From the NCBI GenBank assembly GCA_046318155.1, contig JBKCUU010000020.1, forward strand, positions 1 to 22,044: a DNA stretch of 22,044 nucleotides, given 5' to 3'. Within the stretch, counting starts at the first letter, position 1, and the number at the start of each line of letters is the position of its first letter. Below are positions 18,689 to 22,044 of the stretch, piece by piece. The notes under the pieces are model-generated. The model saw nothing but the letters and a program-made list of their open reading frames with translations, was not told the DNA's origin and did not search any database. This stretch comes from Bdellovibrio sp. (GTDB lineage: Bacteria > Bdellovibrionota > Bdellovibrionia > Bdellovibrionales > Bdellovibrionaceae). The position numbers were made by a program, and so were the translations under genes.

Positions 18689-19215
18689 AAGCCCTCATTT
18701 TGTCTTTGTCACTTCTTCTCGCTGGTTCAACCGTTCTTGCGCAAAGTCCTCTTGAAGGCGAATGGACTAACGTCGATGGAACAAAGACAGTTCGCTTCTC
18801 AGAGTTTAACGGCAAGCTGACGTTGAACACGCGCGCTTATTATGCGACGGGTGAGCCCTCGGACTATTTTTTTGAATTTCGACTTCCCAAAGCAGGTGTA
18901 AAACCCGATGAAGTCATCAATGGACGCCTTCGCAGCGTTGATGGTTACTACGGTTGTCTTTTTGACGAAACGGCAAAACTCTTGCTCACCTCTGACGGAA
19001 AACTCAAAGTGCACCACCCGCTTTTGACATTTCATACAAGGACACGCTCCGTGCGCGAACGCAACGGTGGTTACTATTACCACCGCGAAGTGGATTGGAA
19101 TGGTTGGGGTTGGGTCGAAACGGTCACGTCGTTCCCGATTGATCGATGGCGCGTGCTTTCGGTGGAGTGCGTGATCGACCAACGCCATTGGACGACACAG
19201 ACGCTCGTTCGCTAA
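18685..19215 (+). CDS. Secreted beta-rich hypothetical protein (176 aa)
   Basis: AAGGAG RBS before ATG 18685; signal peptide MKALILSLSLLLAGSTVLA; LEGEW (GxW) mature start; two Cys. Confidence 0.8.
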   Translation: MKALILSLSLLLAGSTVLAQSPLEGEWTNVDGTKTVRFSEFNGKLTLNTRAYYATGEPSDYFFEFRLPKAGVKPDEVINGRLRSVDGYYGCLFDETAKLLLTSDGKLKVHHPLLTFHTRTRSVRERNGGYYYHREVDWNGWGWVETVTSFPIDRWRVLSVECVIDQRHWTTQTLVR

Positions 19216-19245
19216 CGACTCAGCTAACGACTCAGCTAACGACTC
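19211..19245. repeat. 12-bp tandem repeat (GCTAACGACTCA) x2.9
   Basis: Exact copies at 19211-19222 and 19223-19234, 11/12 copy at 19235-19245. The first copy supplies the TAA stop of the upstream gene. Confidence 0.95.
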
Positions 19246-19263
19246 CTAGGGCCTTCGGAAGTC

Positions 19264-20571
19264 TTAGAGATCCATCTTCTCGATGGATTGCCTCGACGGC
19301 CGGACAACAAAGTACAGCACCACTATAAGAGCGATGATGGCCCCCGCAATCAAGGCTTCGCTGCCCGCCACTTGCGTGAGCATTGCCAAGCACACCAAGA
19401 AACCAAGGGCTGGTATGATGGGGTGAACTTCAAACTTTCCTTCCATTTTGTCTTGGCGCTGCAAAATGAGAAGACCTAAGTTCACGAACGAAAAACACAG
19501 CAGCAGCAAGACACTGGTCGCTTTCGCCAGAGCCGAAATATCTCCGCTCAAGGCTAAAAAAAGTAAAATCACAAGCAAGACGCCGATTGCGCGGTGCGGA
19601 GTCGCGCGCTTGGCATGCACCTGGCTTAAAAATTTGGGCATAAGCCCTTGGTGAGACATTCCGTACAAAAGACGAGACCCCATCACAAAATTCAAGAGTG
19701 CTGTGTTCGACACGGCCAAAAGTGAAATCACACTGTAGATTGGAGTTGGAAACCACGGCGCCGAGGCGGCCACCACGTCAACCAAGGGTTGCTTTGATTC
19801 GGCCAACTGCGAGGCCGGAATAACCGAGACCGCGATGAGACTGATGAGCATGTAGATGAGCGAAGAGAGCCCAACCGCAATCAAAAGTCCGCGCGGAATT
19901 GTTTTGGACGGGTCCTTGACCTCTTCACTCACATTCAAAATATCTTCAAAACCAATAAAAGAATAAAACGTCAGAACGGCCCCGCTCAGCAACAGCGGAA
20001 ACGTGATCAAGCCTTGAGGGTTGCTGGGACCCGTCACGTCCAGGTAGTCGACCTTGCCGATAAAGCTCAGACCAAAAATGACGATGAAGGCAAGGCCCGC
20101 AATCTCGACAACAGCCAAAACGTTATTGACCCAAAGAGTTTCGCGAATCCCAACAAAAATAATCAAAGCTAAAACAATCGCAAAGGCCGCCACGACCACC
20201 GGTACCGGAAACACCGGAAAGAGTCCCGAAAAATACCCCGCAAAAGCCCGGCTTGAAGTGGCCATCGAAGTGAGTCCCGAAGCTAAAACCGCAAGGCCGA
20301 TGACGTATGCCAAGAATCCACTCTTGAAAGCCTTGTGCACGACGAACGAGGCGCCCCCTGCTCTCGGGTACCGTGATCCGAGCGAGGCGTAAGAGAGGCC
20401 CGTAAAGCTTGCGGCCACCATGCTCACCAAGAAGGCCATCCAGACGCCGTTTCCCATTTGCCCAGCCGCCTTGCCAACAAGGCCGTAAATACCGGCGCCA
20501 AGAATGTCTCCCATCCCGTAGAGAACGAGAGGCCAAAGAGTAATGTGTCGCTGAAGGCTTTGTTTGGTCAT
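19264..20571 (-). CDS. APC-family amino acid permease
   Basis: LQRHITL...GDILGAGIYGL, SYASLGSRYPRAGG, FYSFIGFE...SEEVKDPSKTIPRG, SRLLYGMS..G.MP, TPHRA. ATG 20571 fits the usual family N-terminus; the frame is open upstream to 20802. Confidence 0.92.
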   Translation of the reverse strand: MTKQSLQRHITLWPLVLYGMGDILGAGIYGLVGKAAGQMGNGVWMAFLVSMVAASFTGLSYASLGSRYPRAGGASFVVHKAFKSGFLAYVIGLAVLASGLTSMATSSRAFAGYFSGLFPVFPVPVVVAAFAIVLALIIFVGIRETLWVNNVLAVVEIAGLAFIVIFGLSFIGKVDYLDVTGPSNPQGLITFPLLLSGAVLTFYSFIGFEDILNVSEEVKDPSKTIPRGLLIAVGLSSLIYMLISLIAVSVIPASQLAESKQPLVDVVAASAPWFPTPIYSVISLLAVSNTALLNFVMGSRLLYGMSHQGLMPKFLSQVHAKRATPHRAIGVLLVILLFLALSGDISALAKATSVLLLLCFSFVNLGLLILQRQDKMEGKFEVHPIIPALGFLVCLAMLTQVAGSEALIAGAIIALIVVLYFVVRPSRQSIEKMDL

Positions 20572-20776
20572 ACCGGCATTGTTCAACAGCTCAGTGGCAA
20601 AAGAAAGGACTTGTCCTGCGTCAAGCTCTAACACTTGCGTGGTGTTTTTCGGCGGCTTCATGAGAAAAGCCCCCAGGGTCAGATTTCGGGCCCCCGCTTT
20701 GGTTCGGATCGAGGTGATCACGCGCAGGCGTCCCGTCGATCCGGTGGTGACACGGTAAAACCTCACCTCGACGTGC

Positions 20777-20795
20777 TTTTTTTTTGGGGGGGGGG
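20777..20795. repeat. Abutting homopolymers T9-G10
   Basis: T at 20777-20785, G at 20786-20795; the longest runs in the window. Confidence 0.95.
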
Positions 20796-20901
20796 ACATC
20801 ACGTTCGGTTAGGATTCGTACAATATTGTGTTGGCCTCGTCCATCGGATTATTGACCGTATCTAAATGTCGATGGATAAAAAATTATGGTTTGATGGCCC
20901 C

Positions 20902-22044
20902 ATGCAAGTGGCTCTCGATACGTCCTCCATTCGAACACCCCAACTAAGCGGCATTAGTCAATACACCCTCCAGCTCTTAAAAGCGCTGGGGTCCGAACAA
21001 GTCCAGCCCGTGATGAAGATTTCACGTTTTCGAAATTTTCGTGTGGCGGCGAATATTCTCGAGAGGGCACCACGATTCTACCATCCAAAGACGAGATTGG
21101 GCTTAGGGCGATTTGACGTCTTTCATGGGCCGGACTTCAGAGTTCCCGAAGTTCGTTCAATTGCAAAAATCGTCACCGTTCATGACCTCGCCGAATTTGA
21201 GTCCGACTTTCAAGATCCCGAATTTGCGAGAATTGCCCAATCGAACATGAGGCATCTCTTTGCCGCCAGCCAGCCGGATATGATTATTGCTGTCTCTGAT
21301 TTTACAAAGCAAAAGATCGAAAGCCTGTTTCCCATGACGAAAGGACGCGTGGTTCGCATTTATCATGGGGCTGACCATCTAGCGAAGCCCGTGACCGGGT
21401 TCTCGTCAAAATCACAAAGTCCGCAGTGGCGCTCACTTCTGAATTCAAAGTTCGTGCTCTTTGTTGGCACCATTGAAAAGAGAAAAAATATTTCGCGCCT
21501 CTATGAAGCCTTTATTCATTCAGCGCTTCCCGCTTTGGGTTATCGCTTGGTGCTCGCGGGAGCAAACGGTTTTGGGGGCCAAGAAATTGTGCGCTCGATC
21601 AATCATCCAAGTGTCGAAATCTTGGGGTACACCGAACCGGGTGCCTTGGCCGAACTCTATACGCATGCAAGCTTCTTTTGTTTTCCCTCACTTTATGAAG
21701 GCTTCGGGTTTCCGGTCCTTGAGGCCATGGGTTTTGGCCTTCCCATCGTGACAAGTCAAAATTCAGCGTGCAGTGAAATTTGTGGCCGCACGGCCATGCT
21801 CGTTGACCCGCTCTCGGTTTCTTCGTTGCGTCAAGCCATGGAAACGCTCGCGGCTCGAACAGATCTTCGGCAAAGTCTTCGAGTCTTTGGACTTCACCGT
21901 TTTCGGCAGTTTACATGGGCCAAATGCGCTGAAGAAACGCAAGCGGCGTACGCCGAAACTTTACTCCGCTTCAAATACGACATCGGTGCACGCCGGCACT
22001 TTTTATGGACGCCTCAAGAAGTTGCAGCTTGGAGTATGCAAAGT
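20902..22044 (+). CDS. GT4-family glycosyltransferase (surface-polysaccharide type); 3' end outside the window
   Basis: Manual translation has no stop to the window end: MQVALD..SGISQY, DVFHGPDF, VTVHDL, IAVSDFTK, FVGTIEKRKNI, FPSLYEGFGFPVLEAM (EX7E), FTWAKCAEET. In-frame upstream ATGs at 20866 and 20872. Confidence 0.93.
   Translation, partial: MQVALDTSSIRTPQLSGISQYTLQLLKALGSEQVQPVMKISRFRNFRVAANILERAPRFYHPKTRLGLGRFDVFHGPDFRVPEVRSIAKIVTVHDLAEFESDFQDPEFARIAQSNMRHLFAASQPDMIIAVSDFTKQKIESLFPMTKGRVVRIYHGADHLAKPVTGFSSKSQSPQWRSLLNSKFVLFVGTIEKRKNISRLYEAFIHSALPALGYRLVLAGANGFGGQEIVRSINHPSVEILGYTEPGALAELYTHASFFCFPSLYEGFGFPVLEAMGFGLPIVTSQNSACSEICGRTAMLVDPLSVSSLRQAMETLAARTDLRQSLRVFGLHRFRQFTWAKCAEETQAAYAETLLRFKYDIGARRHFLWTPQEVAAWSMQS

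Noticed and set aside
19211..19245. Tandem repeat as a CRISPR array
   Set aside because: 12-bp unit, no spacers, no cas genes.
20735..20771. GATCCGGTG and CACGGTAAA fragments resembling an FMN riboswitch or RNase P RNA
   Set aside because: The other conserved blocks (e.g. GAGGAAAGTCC, AGTCCGGATG) are absent and the region is too short.
20635..20865. 76-aa plus-strand ORF in frame with the glycosyltransferase, separated by one TAA (read-through idea)
   Set aside because: Not protein-like, and the GT4 domain is already complete from 20902.

Overview
Gene-dense bacterial chromosomal window with about 21 coding regions. I found no rRNA, tRNA, CRISPR array, transposase/integrase or phage genes. 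The divergent orphan MreB paralogue, the HD-GYP protein and the many secreted hypotheticals suggest a Bdellovibrionota-like organism (inference from protein style, not a search). Left to right: mreB-like (5' truncated), class IV aminotransferase, a beta-carbonic-anhydrase-fold lipoprotein lacking all three zinc ligands, a coupled metG-trmH-like-trmO operon, an hppA-MFS operon, HD-GYP, LysM protein, histidine phosphatase, an HDxxH hypothetical, M14 carboxypeptidase, CPA2/TrkA-C antiporter, a transglutaminase-like hypothetical, a three-gene exported-protein operon, an APC permease and a GT4 glycosyltransferase (3' truncated, missing from the ORF track). Best leads: (1) the apparently catalytically dead carbonic anhydrase lipoprotein; (2) a probably CTG-initiated NlpC/P60-like lipoprotein coupled to two secreted proteins, possibly a cell-wall hydrolase plus inhibitor module; (3) a T9-G10 homopolymer and structured element between the permease and the glycosyltransferase; (4) a TAACGACTCA motif recurring at three gene boundaries.
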